A DNA stretch of 64,000 bases from Schmidtea nova (GCA_044892505.1 CM097882.1:196044001-196108000), one strand, 5' to 3'. Positions 55,601-64,000 are shown, counted from the first letter of the stretch. Translations and numbers: made by a program. The notes: generated by a model not told the origin, from the letters alone.

Positions 55601-58556
55601 GTCGTCGATAATTGTGAAATCAGATTCTGTGACGATCCAAAGTTGGCTGGGGTCATTACTGACAGATAGTCATCGAGTAAAAACTCACGGATCTTCCGAG
55701 ATGCTAATTCGTAGGCGTCTACAAATTGTTCACGAACTCCAACTGGCATACAACTTAAAGATAGCCGTGGAGTTTGTCCCGACCGAGATAAACAAGGCCA
55801 ACGTTTTAACTAGAGTCAAGAAAGCTTGGCATACATTGGTTAAACAAGTAAGTTGTTCTACTATATCGATATCCGACAGAATAAGGAAGTGCCACGAGGC
55901 GCATCACTTCGGAGTGGATCGAACTCTGTATTTCGTAAGGAAGTTGCTTCCTAACGTATCTCGTGGAGTGATACAAGGTGTGATATCAAACTGTATTAAG
56001 TGTTGAATGATAGATCCGGCACCTGTAAGATGGAAACACGGAAATTTGGCGTTGAAGTGCAATTGGACCAGATTGGCGTTAGACGTGACTCACTACCAGA
56101 ATAAGCGTTATTTGACGTGTATCGACTGCGGACCGAGAAGATTCGCAATATGGAGAGAGATTTGTAACTAGGATGCTGTGACCATTACTAGAATCTGTGA
56201 ACAAATATTCAGAGAACGCAGACCTCCGTGCCAGTTGCTCATGGATAATGGCAGTTCATTTATATGCAAAGTGGGGCGTTGGTCGTATTTTTCGATGCGC
56301 TTACCGACCATCGGGAAACGGAATTGTTGAGAGGAACCACAGGACCGTGAAGAGAATGGCGGCCCGGACGGAAGGGGACCCCTTGACATGGTTTACTGGT
56401 TCAACATGAGCTCCAATGGCGACTTTGAAGCGCCTTCGCGACAACTATTTACATACGACTGGAAGGATATGCAAGAAGTGAAAATCGGGAATTACGAAAT
56501 TCTGAGTCGTTATGCTAGAGGAGACAAGGTATTCTGTAAGCCGCCGAATGCAAGATGTACAAGTGTTTGGACGGAGGGTACCGTCACAAACGTTCACTCG
56601 TCCACAAATATCGAGCTTGATGGTGTCCCCAGGCACATAGCTGATATCAGACAGGTTGAGCCGACTGACACGACTGGAGAAGAGCGAACTATTGAAAATA
56701 ATGGTCAACCTACGACTAAAATGTCAACCGATAGGCAACAAAGAAACCGATACGAACCAGCGTACCTACAAGATTATATTCTCGGTGACGACGCGCTTGA
56801 CAATGATGTTGACATCACGGGGGAATGTTATAATTGATTATTATATTTGTTTTTATAATGTCAAAAACGTCATTGTTAATTTTATGAAGTTATAAATAAA
56901 GTCATTCTTGTGCATTCGACTTCAATATTAAATTTTCTTTATTATCTGCCTGACAGGGTGCTTCCTAAGTAAATTTCTACGCATTTATTACACATGAGTA
57001 TGTGATACAGGAAAAAAATGATTTATTTTACAAAAAAACTAAACTTACAAATTGTGAACCAGGATGTCTTATAAAATTACCTTATATGAATCGCTTATAA
57101 GAAATCCTGGAATAGTTATTAGAGCCTTTAAAAGATATTGAATTAATATATTGTTGAAGATCTTATAAGAAATCTTGGAATAGTTATTAAAGTCTTCAAA
57201 AGATATTGAATTAATATATTGTTGAAGATCTTATAAGAAATCCTGGAATAGTTATTAAAGTCTTTAAAAGATATTGAATTAATATATTGTTGAAGATATT
57301 GTTGATACATGCAAAAAAAAATATTTTTTTACAAAGAACAAAGCGTAGAAATTAAGGTTATAGCGTTTTTTAGAACATAAAATATTGTTTTTTATTAAAT
57401 TTTTTTTAATATGATAATTTTAAAATTTTATTTAGTTTTACACTTATAGATTGTGTATAGAATTACTCTCATAATAATTTATTCGTTTGAATGTGTTTAT
57501 TTATTTTTACATTATCATTTGTTTTAACAGAATGTACATTTTTATTTAAATTTCTACTTATTGCATTAAAAATAAAATTATATTTTGAAAATTTAACCTT
57601 TCCACGACAGCATATAAAATCTTGATTGTATATATAATCCGAAATTATTTAAACCTTTTTAGCAAAAGCGTAATCCATTACTTTTTTATAATTTCATTGC
57701 TGGTAACCACACCTAAACATCAGCTGTCAAAAAAATATATTGCCTAAAATTATTTGATTACTTATTAAGTCTTTCTCNNNNNNNNNNNNNNNNNNNNNNN
57801 NNNNNNNNNNNNNNNNNNNNNNNNNNNNNNNNNNNNNNNNNNNNNNNNNNNNNNNNNNNNNNNNNNNNNNNNNNNNNNNNNNNNNNNNNNNNNNNNNNNN
57901 NNNNNNNNNNNNNNNNNNNNNNNNNNNNNNNNNNNNNNNNNNNNNNNNNNNNNNNNNNNNNNNNNNNNNNNNNNNNNNNNNNNNNNNNNNNNNNNNNNNN
58001 NNNNNNNATATTATCATTGTTATTAGTTAGTAAAAATTTTACTTGTTTACGAAATTTCTGTTAGTTGTTATGTGTTTTTATTTTCAATTATAGTTCTCCC
58101 GTATAACTATTTTAATTAATCAAAATTCTGAAAAAAGAAAATAACTATAATTAAATTCAGATACCTAATGGAAGATCAATTGAAAGGGCCATCAAGCGTT
58201 AATGGATTCATTCGAGCACTTAGTGTCGGATGTCGTTACATTAAAAGTAAAAATTACATTAGAAAATTATTTGTAAATCTGTAGCAAATTAAGTACAATT
58301 GAGTTAATTAAATTTATTAATTATTCTGTTTGATTAACTTTATAATTTTGAATGTTTTTTTTAATTGATTGTTTTATCTAATTTTAATACATTAATAATA
58401 ATATTTCTTTCTTTAATTCTATATTTTTATTGTAGTTGATTGCTGGGACGGTGTAAATGATGAACCAATAATTTATCATGGCAATACTCTGACATCTAAA
58501 CTCAACCTGAGAAAAACCTTGGAACAAATCAGCAAATATGCTTTCGTGTCTTCAAT
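5479..58556 (+). CDS. PLCL: Host phospholipase C-like (PLCL/PRIP-type) gene, partial: join(5479..5588,29941..30007,31443..31536,41242..41359,58161..58246,58436..58556)
   Basis: All six exons have AG/GT boundaries and compatible phases. Spliced peptide [180 protein letters not shown] covers the EF-hand region and PI-PLC X box. STRPEI, FLEAEQG and EDQxxGP are typical of PLCL1/2. Both gene ends were not found. Confidence 0.92.
5825..5904. promoter_or_regulatory. Tandem AP-1-type ATGA(C/G)TCAT motifs, 11-bp period (mirrored at 23821-23923)
   Basis: GATGAGTCATC repeats: 4+2 copies on the left, 3+5 on the right, plus one at 5746. Function is inferred. Confidence 0.6.
5925..6105. promoter_or_regulatory. 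About six E2F-type TTTCGCGCCAAA motifs at ~31-bp spacing (mirrored at 23625-23800)
   Basis: Perfect and one-mismatch copies separated by T/A tracts. Function is inferred. Confidence 0.6.
7600..7860. repeat. Degenerate ~23-25 bp tandem repeat (TTTTCATCATTTGTTTCGGATTA)
   Basis: Direct reading; I found no consistent reading frame. Confidence 0.8.
8070..12335 (-). CDS. pPolB: Protein-primed family B DNA polymerase (1421 aa ORF; frame stays open to a splice acceptor at 12391)
   Basis: Exonuclease motifs [13 protein letters not shown] and YLKLDV; polymerase motifs [20 protein letters not shown] and GDTDS; embedded CYLC...[15 protein letters not shown] endonuclease VII-like Zn module; poly-N and poly-Q tracts. 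Confidence 0.97.
12610..13330. repeat. Two diverged direct copies (~350-390 bp) of an AT-rich unit upstream of pPolB
   Basis: CCTTTTAACTTATTAAGTAATTGTTTTAAATAT...AAAAGGTAAATTA starts at ~12613 and again at ~13004. Confidence 0.85.
13439..13784 (-). CDS. Three predicted small exons (13730..13784, 13614..13679, 13439..13564), probably the 5' part of the pPolB gene
   Basis: ATG at 13784; GT-AG introns of 50 and 49 nt; stop-free peptide [49 protein letters not shown]...; the final phase-1 donor matches the phase-1 acceptor at 12391. Confidence 0.6.
14143..14544 (-). CDS. Polinton accessory protein, 133 aa, possible degenerate DEDD/DnaQ-like fold with a C-terminal Cys/His cluster
   Basis: IDFYGY..IKELCI start, IFYV..EK..L block and [14 protein letters not shown] end resemble a recurrent Maverick accessory ORF as I recall it; not verified. 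Confidence 0.5.
   Translation of the reverse strand: MSCYFIDFYGYNEMGGTTIKELCIMNVNNIFTPQYYIYSDLSLWPDRIESFEGQDYFCPKCIMDDITDKGAIFYVTDNEKMYVLKKYFPKLRLIKYNYKDVEYVPENISCPYKDHCMCAYKGCLSAVVDYLKQ
14577..14954 (-). CDS. PRO: Adenain-like cysteine maturation protease, join(14950..14954,14577..14910), 112 aa
   Basis: Catalytic GEHW, FDPFG and Q..TCG motifs. The ORF-track start is a TTG; removing a 39-nt GT-AG intron gives [23 protein letters not shown]. Confidence 0.9.
15055..16275 (-). CDS. MCP: Major capsid protein (double jelly-roll, Polinton PY), 406 aa
   Basis: [14 protein letters not shown]-terminus, [18 protein letters not shown] and GNLRLDIKF motifs; size and position fit. Confidence 0.92.
   Translation of the reverse strand: MICGKSELCLFDRPSPQAVIEYGAFEDVFPMNSITDSRNDVEFYINGSQTEYLDLNDTLLSVTIKVVDKDKKALADVSDVVPNNYLFHTLFKDVILGFNNIKIEGGNNTYAHKAIIETILNYTNDAKETCLTPMGYGSADDRKKWIKGSKLFNMCSSLQLDFMDQPKYLLPGVNVHIRLKRSDSALSLKSAAGKPVIQIVDAKLMVRRVRCDSSVLAGHQIGLNKKHAIYPLKSKEIVSFAIGKGASSFYKEQIFGDRRMPNFILVAFQSENQYNGSYTESTSTFKHFNVTSLTLSKNTDYRETYTQDFENDNFSASYMQSLVRNLGYLDKNLNCGIGLDEFKSSYPFFTFVLAPDFDLNQSQIPQNGNLRLDIKFAKPIDEPVHVVIYGVFENEVQITANRTILV
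16272..16655 (-). CDS. Small Polinton virion protein with QxGG/QxGxG sites and an amphipathic helix (protein VI/cupiennin-like), 127 aa
   Basis: [34 protein letters not shown], basic C-terminus, second GHG motif; lies between the two capsid genes. Confidence 0.75.
   Translation of the reverse strand: MSNPDIVSMYSDSQTGGELPYFVGKQYGSGWLKTIGRFALPILRRLGNFGMNTAKDVLMKDNKILPSLKTNALAAVNKAIPAVTQMLPTITSMFTKNKEPESVPVGPRRKRKRINKRMKGHGTIFEE
16648..17691 (-). CDS. mCP: Minor capsid protein (penton, Polinton PX), 347 aa
   Basis: [32 protein letters not shown] start and [17 protein letters not shown]...IEINIRD..G..LHFR end. Confidence 0.9.
   Translation of the reverse strand: MDLVKKSSKVNFYTILPSNSCPNIHPDNTASKFMVNLPNPIYLNGNWEVALMDFTFVYQPFPFYSYCKIYYYITKTIVANAFFSIYNNSGHLNVPTHTIDPDIEMWQRSGKIILTCNVVPYTITFNDLDVAKRMGSNKLTIKCNEEECEFKVMQNLASNDEEIITFTISYDRQEGHVFTFKEELYITHLDELQKYISDNCSDIFTVVELNKLFKFKLKEKINKVRFDKYLVNTLGLDKDTFTDKNIISGVRQPKISKLHQQLFVYTNIIEPIIVGDSLVPLLKSVWIEKYEPDEIVQIQVENPMYLPVSTSCINNIEINIRDDSGRFIKFPKDSKTHLTLHFRKNDE
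17661..18705 (-). CDS. INT: Retroviral-like (rve) integrase with C-terminal chromodomain, join(18318..18705,17661..18277), 334 aa
   Basis: WQMDL (D1), QTDLG|KEFYN (D2, restored by a 40-nt intron) and HVERFNRTL (E); chromodomain [10 protein letters not shown]. Confidence 0.95.
18761..19270 (-). CDS. Basic core protein with an adenovirus pX-like C-terminus, 169 aa
   Basis: Very Lys-rich; ends [21 protein letters not shown], resembling the GGFLPALIP motif of adenovirus pX; lies between ATPase and integrase. Confidence 0.7.
   Translation of the reverse strand: MLMKSRVKFEPLIKARTKKAGKKTKKLFTKKSIKKSRKKSKKILMDNIPKNNLKSNAKQTHHRSLPFFNALLKAPSVRRMGILQSFPSYVIDDLLSILIKVVRGKINLTPSNRRVLNKHKKPLLSLVNSKNKKLMRKVIYKQQGGFIAALLPLALSLLGGAGLLGKRKS
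19291..19914 (-). CDS. ATPase: A32/FtsK-like DNA packaging ATPase, 207 aa
   Basis: Walker A GPSGSGKT, Walker B IIIDD, and [16 protein letters not shown] and FKNPRD motifs. Confidence 0.95.
   Translation of the reverse strand: MELRNDAVFQIVGPSGSGKTLFVCKLLQSKLFKSKFNNIYWHRGADDESGMTQDQFCKIKMTIIKGFDKNWSSRLKHGDVIIIDDLYQEANKEKDFNNLFTKISRHKGVTVIFITQNLFHQGGSHRTRNLNVQYLVVFKNPRDATVIDFLARQAYPSNRNFLIEAFQDATKSPHGYIFLDFTQQCSDDLRVRTDIFNPEGAMVYKQS
20008..20475 (+). CDS. TATA-binding protein (TBP)-like protein, 155 aa
   Basis: Second repeat [11 protein letters not shown]...YEPELFPAL...[13 protein letters not shown] aligns with TBP KIQNxVxSCDV...YEPELFPGL...IFVSGKxVLTGAK; shortened first repeat IRNI...[11 protein letters not shown]. 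Confidence 0.85.
   Translation: MIRNINYKGKTDVSHMKFPNGKPQQIVDRSGKYPIIYFKSGRYRIMGCREFISDEQVEFYDLKIQSITVTADLGFICNLNELSKLIPCVYEPELFPALRYIKYNPMCVNIFTSGKLVILGLKNKDYSTIVDDIIYDIKSIIEDKAFVDFILTCDS
20651..21298 (+). CDS. Hypothetical protein with a CxxxCxxC cluster and acidic tail, join(20651..20681,20733..21298), 198 aa
   Basis: 185-aa ORF with higher GC than its surroundings; an upstream ATG exon joins in frame via a 51-nt GT-AG intron; TATATATA at 20608. Confidence 0.7.
21859..22275 (+). CDS. Hypothetical Polinton protein, 138 aa, with decayed homologues at ~49.5-49.9 kb and ~52.7-53.05 kb
   Basis: Clean ORF with TATAAAT at 21814; KTRFHDAFQ and following residues recur in ORF 52825..53055. Confidence 0.8.
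   Translation: MQSRKQNLDISEEKIYQTEVKPVQMYYDSRLYFLVNEIPYRLSYPVKLTKSLYDSLAVIIAKEDIIALNRIFSKMNVNLTCKETMYINNRKTRFHDAFQTIDFMDQEHWFVTVIIQGYKIDKKDVVTPIWRVDNARYA
22340..22924 (+). CDS. Predicted type I membrane protein with a six-Cys ectodomain, 194 aa
   Basis: Signal peptide [12 protein letters not shown], six-Cys segment, transmembrane stretch [21 protein letters not shown]-repeat tail; the stop codon lies inside the right TIR. Confidence 0.75.
   Translation: MKLIIVILLLLCVDNTEGEQALEDCQSSHPFRKQDSTCASYNDICLYSNIECNQIKLQCNQCPSKNNVINKDIEKMIDKIMMKIVERLKCINQTIVKKEYEVRYQNQTVENEKTSIVLHYISLFILIIILMLSASIRLEKISNIPKNNIPTNTSIPMNNITMNNIPMNNIPSNNSDVNNFETKFCTRTQRYIYK
22906..24041 (-). repeat. Right TIR of the Polinton
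   Basis: Inverted copy of 5710-6736. Confidence 0.95.
23161..23350. repeat. 28-bp tandem repeat ATCAGAACCCTGGAAGCAGAACATTGCG (7 units on the right; 4 units on the left at ~6376-6482)
   Basis: Direct reading. Confidence 0.92.
24365..24435. repeat. (TA)n microsatellite
   Basis: Direct reading. Confidence 0.95.
24624..25270. mobile_element. 647-bp non-coding fold-back element with Polinton-type ends (mini-Polinton candidate)
   Basis: AGTAG...CTACT termini; TATATG TSD at 24618-24623 and 25271-25276; the whole element is an imperfect palindrome with many TGA(C/G)TCA motifs. Confidence 0.8.
26037..29489 (+). mobile_element. Decayed hAT transposon (TTF-type Zn finger/DUF4371 class)
   Basis: Imperfect TIRs CAGCGGCGTATT and AATATCCGCCTCTG; 8-bp TSD GTAACATG/GTAACACG. 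Confidence 0.88.
26870..29357 (+). pseudogene. hAT transposase with stops and frameshifts
   Basis: WLIYS...[50 protein letters not shown] and [10 protein letters not shown] motifs. Confidence 0.92.
30170..30415. repeat. Dispersed ~240-bp repeat; other copies at ~36660-36850 (inverted) and ~36905-37145
   Basis: Shared GTCTCCTGCATAGCAC..GAGAGCCAAA..CTAGTCT core. Origin unresolved. Confidence 0.7.
31550..31620. repeat. (AAT)n microsatellite
   Basis: Direct reading. Confidence 0.95.
34289..34770. mobile_element. MITE-like element with short inverted ends
   Basis: ACTTAATCCCGCGACAG near 34300 and CTGTCGCGGGATTAAGT near 34750; exact ends and TSD not resolved. Confidence 0.5.
35659..35947. mobile_element. 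hAT-type MITE, 289 bp
   Basis: TIRs CAGGAATGAGCAACC and GGTTGCTCATCCCTG; perfect 8-bp TSD TTGTATTT. Confidence 0.9.
38190..38790 (+). pseudogene. Mariner transposase relic
   Basis: Remnants [32 protein letters not shown] and VVTGNE; heavily disrupted. Confidence 0.75.
42128..46632 (+). mobile_element. Ty3/Gypsy LTR retrotransposon, 4.5 kb, 110-bp LTRs (42128-42237, 46523-46632)
   Basis: LTRs AGTAA...TTACT differ at 2 positions; 5-bp TSD TAAAT; PBS TGGCGACCACG; polypurine tract GAGGAGGGGAA. Confidence 0.95.
42214..46484 (+). pseudogene. gag-pol (gag with two CCHC knuckles, PR, RT, RNase H, INT) with stops and frameshifts
   Basis: [14 protein letters not shown] and [14 protein letters not shown]; LWDSGAS; LPFGL and YLDD; DTDAC and RKELLA; VVDVAH and SNGLVER; Gypsy domain order. 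Confidence 0.93.
47040..48520 (-). pseudogene. Degraded pPolB of an older Polinton, with an internal ~177-bp tandem duplication
   Basis: [27 protein letters not shown] and [11 protein letters not shown] versus [27 protein letters not shown] and [11 protein letters not shown] in the intact copy. Confidence 0.88.
49200..53295. mobile_element. Decayed Polinton-derived inverted duplication (arms ~49200-50020 and ~51090-53295, right arm split by a mariner)
   Basis: The arms are reverse complements and each carries a broken homologue of ORF 21859. The right arm ends CTTTGTTC..TCCACACATCTCCCGACT, resembling the intact right terminus. Confidence 0.7.
51211..52641 (+). mobile_element. Mariner (DD34D) element, transposase disrupted
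   Basis: TA TSD; TIRs CGTGGTGCGCCCAATAAGTCCGTGC and GCACGGACTTTTTGGGCGCACTATG; QDET, QDNAPIH and [13 protein letters not shown] motifs. Confidence 0.92.
53757..54040. repeat. Near-identical dispersed direct repeat (~280 bp); second copy at ~59280-59550
   Basis: Direct reading. Confidence 0.88.
54406..56924 (+). mobile_element. Internally deleted LTR retrotransposon (Gypsy-like) lacking RT; LTRs 54406-54498 and 56826-56924
   Basis: TG...CA LTRs of 93 and 99 bp; TSD ATATT; PPT GGGGAA; remnants of gag, protease (KALID), RNase H (RELDA..VKSDS) and integrase ([22 protein letters not shown]). Confidence 0.88.
57095..57300. repeat. ~65-bp tandem repeat, three copies
   Basis: CTTATAAGAAATCCTGGAATAGTTATT...GTTGAAGAT repeats. 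Confidence 0.9.
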
Positions 58557-60850
58557 GTATGAAATTTATATTTTTATTAATTAAATTTCGCTTATCTGAC
58601 AAATCATGATTTTCCTTAATTTCTTTTTTTAATTTGTCTCGGTATTTTTTTAAAAATAAAACATAATATTGATCGATATTCTGAAAAGGAAATTAAGATA
58701 AAAGAAATTAAACATTTTTACTCAAATATTAAAATATTAAAATTTTAAAATATTAAAATATTAAAAAATATTAGAATTTTATTAAATTTTTAATATTTCG
58801 AAGGCCATCATTTTTATATGATTATTGTTAGAAATGCGGCAAATAAAATAAAATTTTTATCATTTGAAAAACTTTTATTTTATTACAGGTGGATTTTCAC
58901 TTTTACATTTACTTATTGACATTCATAAATTTCATATTTGATTTTTAAATGACTATAGTGGTAAATGAATAAAACGAATTTTTTCAACTGAAACATGAAC
59001 GATTTTCTAATTGTTATTGTGTCCGGTTTTGTTTGAGTTCTTCTGAAATTTATTATGTTCATTCTTTCATTTTCTTCCAAACTAACCTTTGCAATTTCCA
59101 ATTTGGCACTCTAACAATATTTGTAAAAATCCTTCAAGTTTCTTAGTTTTAATTTTGTTCTTAATTTTGTTATATAAAATTTAACATATCTAATAATTAC
59201 TTATTTTTGTTGGTTTATTTTTGTAAACTTAAATACTAACGTGTTCAATTACTCTACATTTTTATTAAATTACGAAATCTTTTTAACTCTTTCTATTAAC
59301 TTCCAATTTCTGTTTGTTTTCTTGTCAAACTTTGGATCGATTTTTAACCCACTTCCCGATATCCAATCGATCTGAAAATTTGCGAGCATACTCGTGGTGG
59401 CCCACAAATTATTCCATTGAAAAATTGAAAAATTTTGAAACAATATTATTTTTCAATTTATTATTGCCAAGAAACTACCAAACAATGAAACAACAATAAA
59501 ATTAACCGAGAACATGATAAAAAGAAATAGTTACATTAAAAACTTGTTTTTATGGGTTTCTTTTTTATTATTAATAATTAATTTAGTTTTATAATTTGGA
59601 TGAAAATCTTGTTTTTTTTATTATTGACTAGACTGGACGAAAAGAAATTAATAATAATTACTTATCTATTTTTTAAATTTATTTTATATCATTTCAATAA
59701 ATTTATTCGTATCTCATACAGCCTTAGTAATAACAATAACCACAAAATATATCATAAAATGTATTCATATTTGTCTATCATTCTTATTATCTTTATATAA
59801 TGATTGTTTTATAACATAAAGAACAATATATTATCTAGTGTATAAATTATTTAAGCTTTATTATCAAAACACTTACTGTCTTTTATTGTTCTCTATTCCT
59901 CTCTAAATATCTCAATAACTGCGATATATTATTATATTCGTCTATGAAAATGATTTTCTTAAAAATAATTATCCAAAATTTTCTCTGGTAATTTTAAGTT
60001 TTAATCAGAATTTATATATTATATTTTCTATTTAACTTCACACTTTATGAATCAGTTTCTTGCAAACGTATTAGAAAGGCGAACAGTGAGACAATTCTTA
60101 CGTCTACAAAAAAATTCGTGCTTTTTTAAATATCAGGCTAAGTTCTAGAAATGTAATGTTATATCTTTTCTATTTTCTAAATGATACATTTATAATATCT
60201 TTATCTATTCATAGAAATGTTGTGATTCTTTATATCACAACTAAATAATTTTAATTTAATTTAAGCCTGAATCTCAGTGATTTCCTTTCTCTTTAACCTG
60301 TCAAATGTCTCTGCCAACTCAGTATGACCACACAATTTTCTTTTTGAAAATTTCTAAATACGTTTGCTTTTCATCTATTTCAAAAATATTCGTTTAGTTG
60401 TTTTTCAGAATTGTATTGTGTATTTGTTAAATGTTTTACGAATCATCTCTTTAATTTATGCCAGTAAGAAAAATATTGAATTTTTATAAATATTTTTGTT
60501 AATATTTTCTCATCTAAAAAATTAATATCAATTTTGAAAATTTATTTTATACCTCAGTCAAAAATGTCTAAAGGAAAATCATAATGTGAAAAGACATTCT
60601 TTTTTTTCCATTGATTAAATAAAATTAGCACCGTGACAAAATCTACAAGCATAAACTCATTGTGATAAGTACCATTGGGGAATGTTTGATAAATTAATTT
60701 AAAATCTGTAAATAATTCCAAATATGTGTAATATATTGTGTTGATTCATTATTCGACTTATTTAAATATTGACAAGTCGGTCTTTAGTATAGTCAGTAGT
60801 TTGCTTCTAATTTGCATCTAATCATAGAATTTAATATACATACAATATAC

Positions 60851-61272
60851 CAGCGGTCGGCAACTCAAATGCATAAAACAGATAATTAAAACTACTGCAC
60901 ATTAAGGATGCCACAGAAAAAAACAAAAACCATTGTATATGAAGATAATTTTATTGGTGTTTATTTAAAGGAGTTAATTGTTGTATAGAGCTGATGCAGC
61001 TGTTCAAAAAGCAACTTTATCAGCGTTCGAGTGAATTGTGTACCCGGCGGCTTCGGTAATATATATTCCTTTTGTAGTATGTACCTCAATGTACTCTGAT
61101 ACATATGTGCCAGAGTAGCAAGGGTGCAAGAATATGAAAGGGCATGCCGACGCGATTGTCGGCATACCTTTTTATGTCATCATCTACTTTTTTAACATAA
61201 ATGTTAATAAATTGTAACTTTGGTGGCGCGCTGTCACAGATTTTTTCGCGTGCCTTAGGTTGTCGATCGCTG
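60851..61272. mobile_element. hAT-type MITE, 422 bp
   Basis: TIRs CAGCGGTCGGCAAC and GTTGTCGATCGCTG; 8-bp TSD CAATATAC/TAATATAC. Confidence 0.8.
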
Positions 61273-64000
61273 TAATATACTATAAAAATAAGTATTAATT
61301 ATAAATTGTTTCTATTACTAAGCCATTCATAAAATCAGTATCTTTGATTGAAGTCTTTTGGGTATTTCCAATTACAAAAAAGATAAAAAGCAGCATGGTT
61401 TTTTGAAAAAGTTGAAAAACTACAAAAGAAATTAACAATACATCAAAGATATCAAAATCCAACAGAATATACGAAACCATATAAACAATGTACACCTAAG
61501 CCGTTGTCTTTTATGAAAGCCGTAACAAGTTTGAATATATTTATTTACGACAGCAATAGGGGAAACACAATATACCTTTGAAATGTCTGTGAAATCCAAT
61601 GGAGGAAACACTAAGAACTATAAATTTATGATGAGTTTGAAAATTTTTAAATTATAATAAGAAGATTATTATCATATTTTACAAATTTTAATTAAATAAA
61701 TTTTTGAACTTTAGTTTTGTTTAGTTGGAGTCAGAGTTAAATATAATAACCAATAATTATGGCAGTGGATAAATAGCGAAAACTTGCTGAAGTAAACTTT
61801 TAAACTACCTTGAGGAATTAACGGTGGAAAATTTAGTTGAAATATGTGACCAGTCAATTAATAGAAAAAGGAAGAAGATATTGAAGAAGATTATTATTAA
61901 TTAATTAATTAATTAAAGACAAATAAAAATTCAATTTCATTAGCGGTAGAAAAATGCGAGAAGTGGATCCGAATTTTGAAAGAACTATGCGAATGAATAG
62001 CAAACAATTATTAAGGCATTAAGGAAGAAAGTAAAATTGCACAACAAAACCTTTTGTTTTTCAAAAAAAACAACCTAAAACACTTTGTTTCAAATAAAAT
62101 TATCTTTGAGTATATGATCGCCGTTGTGATTGAAATGTATTTATTTTTCACTGATCTCATATTTTTACAGTGGATTTGTTCCCATTTAATGTTATTTCAC
62201 CTAACGTTTTGAAAACTTGAAACGCAGTCTTAACGTTAAACGAGGTAAAAATATATAGAAAAATTCTTTATTTCAATTATATGTTCACCCATATCTCAAA
62301 TATCCTATTGAAGGTGATTTACAAAGGATTTATATCAAAATTATTCATTAATATTATAGACATCAATCTAAAATAATTTATTTTAACCCTTTAACGTCCA
62401 AAAGAAAACTACCTGTGTGAAACAGTTATTTCGTTATTATTGCTTTCCACTTTAACTCGATCCGTTTCGTTACTGAGATATATTATTTCGTATTGAGTTT
62501 TTACCTTCATCCATCAATTATTCATATAGGTTCCATTATCATTAAGGAGTTTCTCGAAATATACTATTGAACATGAAATCACTCCTTTAACAAGTGTACA
62601 GTGGGAGGTAATGGGTTAAATTAAATTTCCAATCTAAAATAATTAAAATTTTGAATTTATTTATTTAAAAATTTTCTGCATGAAAATCCATACAATATTT
62701 GCTTGTTATTTGATTTTTTTTACTTTTTATTATTAATTTTATTTGTAATTCAAATAAAATGAAAATGTTGATTTTTGTTATTTATAAAATGTCAATTAAT
62801 ATGGTTTAAGTTGTTTTAGTTAAACGAACACAATTGTAAAAACGTTTTCCCTCCGCTGTCCAAGCTCTTTCGTAATCTATGGAATTTTTGAAGTGTTTCT
62901 CTGAAATTAACTATATATTAATAACTCATTTTATCTTATTAATTAAATATCTTAGATAATTAATCAAATAACTGTCAAAATATTGACAGTTGATAACCTA
63001 ATTTTTTTCAATTATTTTCTATAATATTATTAATTATACAAAGAAAAATAGTGAAATTCCTCAATTGAAATATTTCTATTGTGAAATTCTATTCATTAAA
63101 GAATCAATTTATTCTGTTTTCTTATTTTAACAAGTTTTAAAATTTTGTTAAAACGAAATTATGTTTTTTTATAATTAACTTAAAAATAGTTACAATAAAT
63201 TTAGTTTCTTATAAAAAACAAACTGGTTTGACAATATCAAGCCCTTCCGTTATGAATTTAATGTTTTTTTGGTTATTCTTTCTATGATCCAGGAAAGCTT
63301 ATGACAATGTCTCTTTTTTAAATACTTTTTAATAGATAACAATTTTTAATCTTTTTAATGTTTATTTTTTAAATTAATATTTTTGTGTTTTTTTTCCAAA
63401 GGTAACACTATTTAAGTCGTTTATTAATAAGTACTCTTAAAGATCAATCATTTCCTGAACTATTTATCAATAAATTGTAAACCGTTTATATTAAAATTTT
63501 ACATAAAATGATAAGAGAAAAATCTTCTCTATCTCTATTTTTTAATGTTTTAATACTGTTAACAGAACGCGTTTTAGTCATCAACAATTTATTTATTATA
63601 ACAAAACTTAATGACTCTTCTTGAGTATTTAAATAATTAATTCTATGACAATCACAGCAAACACAACATACAAACATCCTTGTGTAGTAATTTAATATAG
63701 TATAGTAGTCAGGTCAAATTACCTTTAAGCCATAACTGCTAATGTATAATATATTTTTATAATTTTATCATATACTTGACATTTTATTATCTCACATATC
63801 CCTCTTTAATAAAAATTCTTTTATCCATTCTACTTTTTGAATTCGTATTTCCCTGTTGGCTAAATATCTATCGTGTAGCTTCGATTATGTCTTTTTTCGT
63901 TCATCGTTCCAGGTCTTTCGTATACATTTTCGTCTTTATTTCCCATTTCTTTATTAGTGAGAACTCTGTCGCCAATTCCAAATGTTATATTTTCTCTTCT

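Noticed and set aside
58557-64000. Further PLCL exons (expected YPLILxxENHC)
   Set aside because: No convincing exon found by eye; small ORFs here look like AT-rich noise.

Overview
AT-rich animal (invertebrate-type) genomic scaffold with N gaps; no prokaryotic features, rRNA, tRNA or CRISPR seen. A host phospholipase C-like (PLCL/PRIP-type) gene runs on the + strand as six phase-compatible exons (5479-58556), and its introns are packed with mobile DNA. The main feature is an apparently intact, young 18.3 kb Polinton/Maverick (5710-24041; AGTAG...CTACT ends, 6-bp AAATAT TSD, >1 kb TIRs) with pPolB, integrase, packaging ATPase, adenain protease and major and minor capsid proteins. Its unusual traits are: (i) a TATA-binding-protein (TBP)-like gene; (ii) predicted 39-51 nt GT-AG introns, including in integrase and protease; (iii) TIRs built from tandem E2F, AP-1 and HMG-box-type motifs; (iv) a Cys-rich type I membrane protein and an acidic Cys-containing ORF. 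Nearby are a 647-bp fold-back mini-Polinton with its own 6-bp TSD and older Polinton relics (47-53 kb). Also present: two decayed hAT transposons, hAT-type MITEs, mariner relics and two short-LTR Gypsy-type elements. All assignments come from motif recognition by eye; no database search was run.
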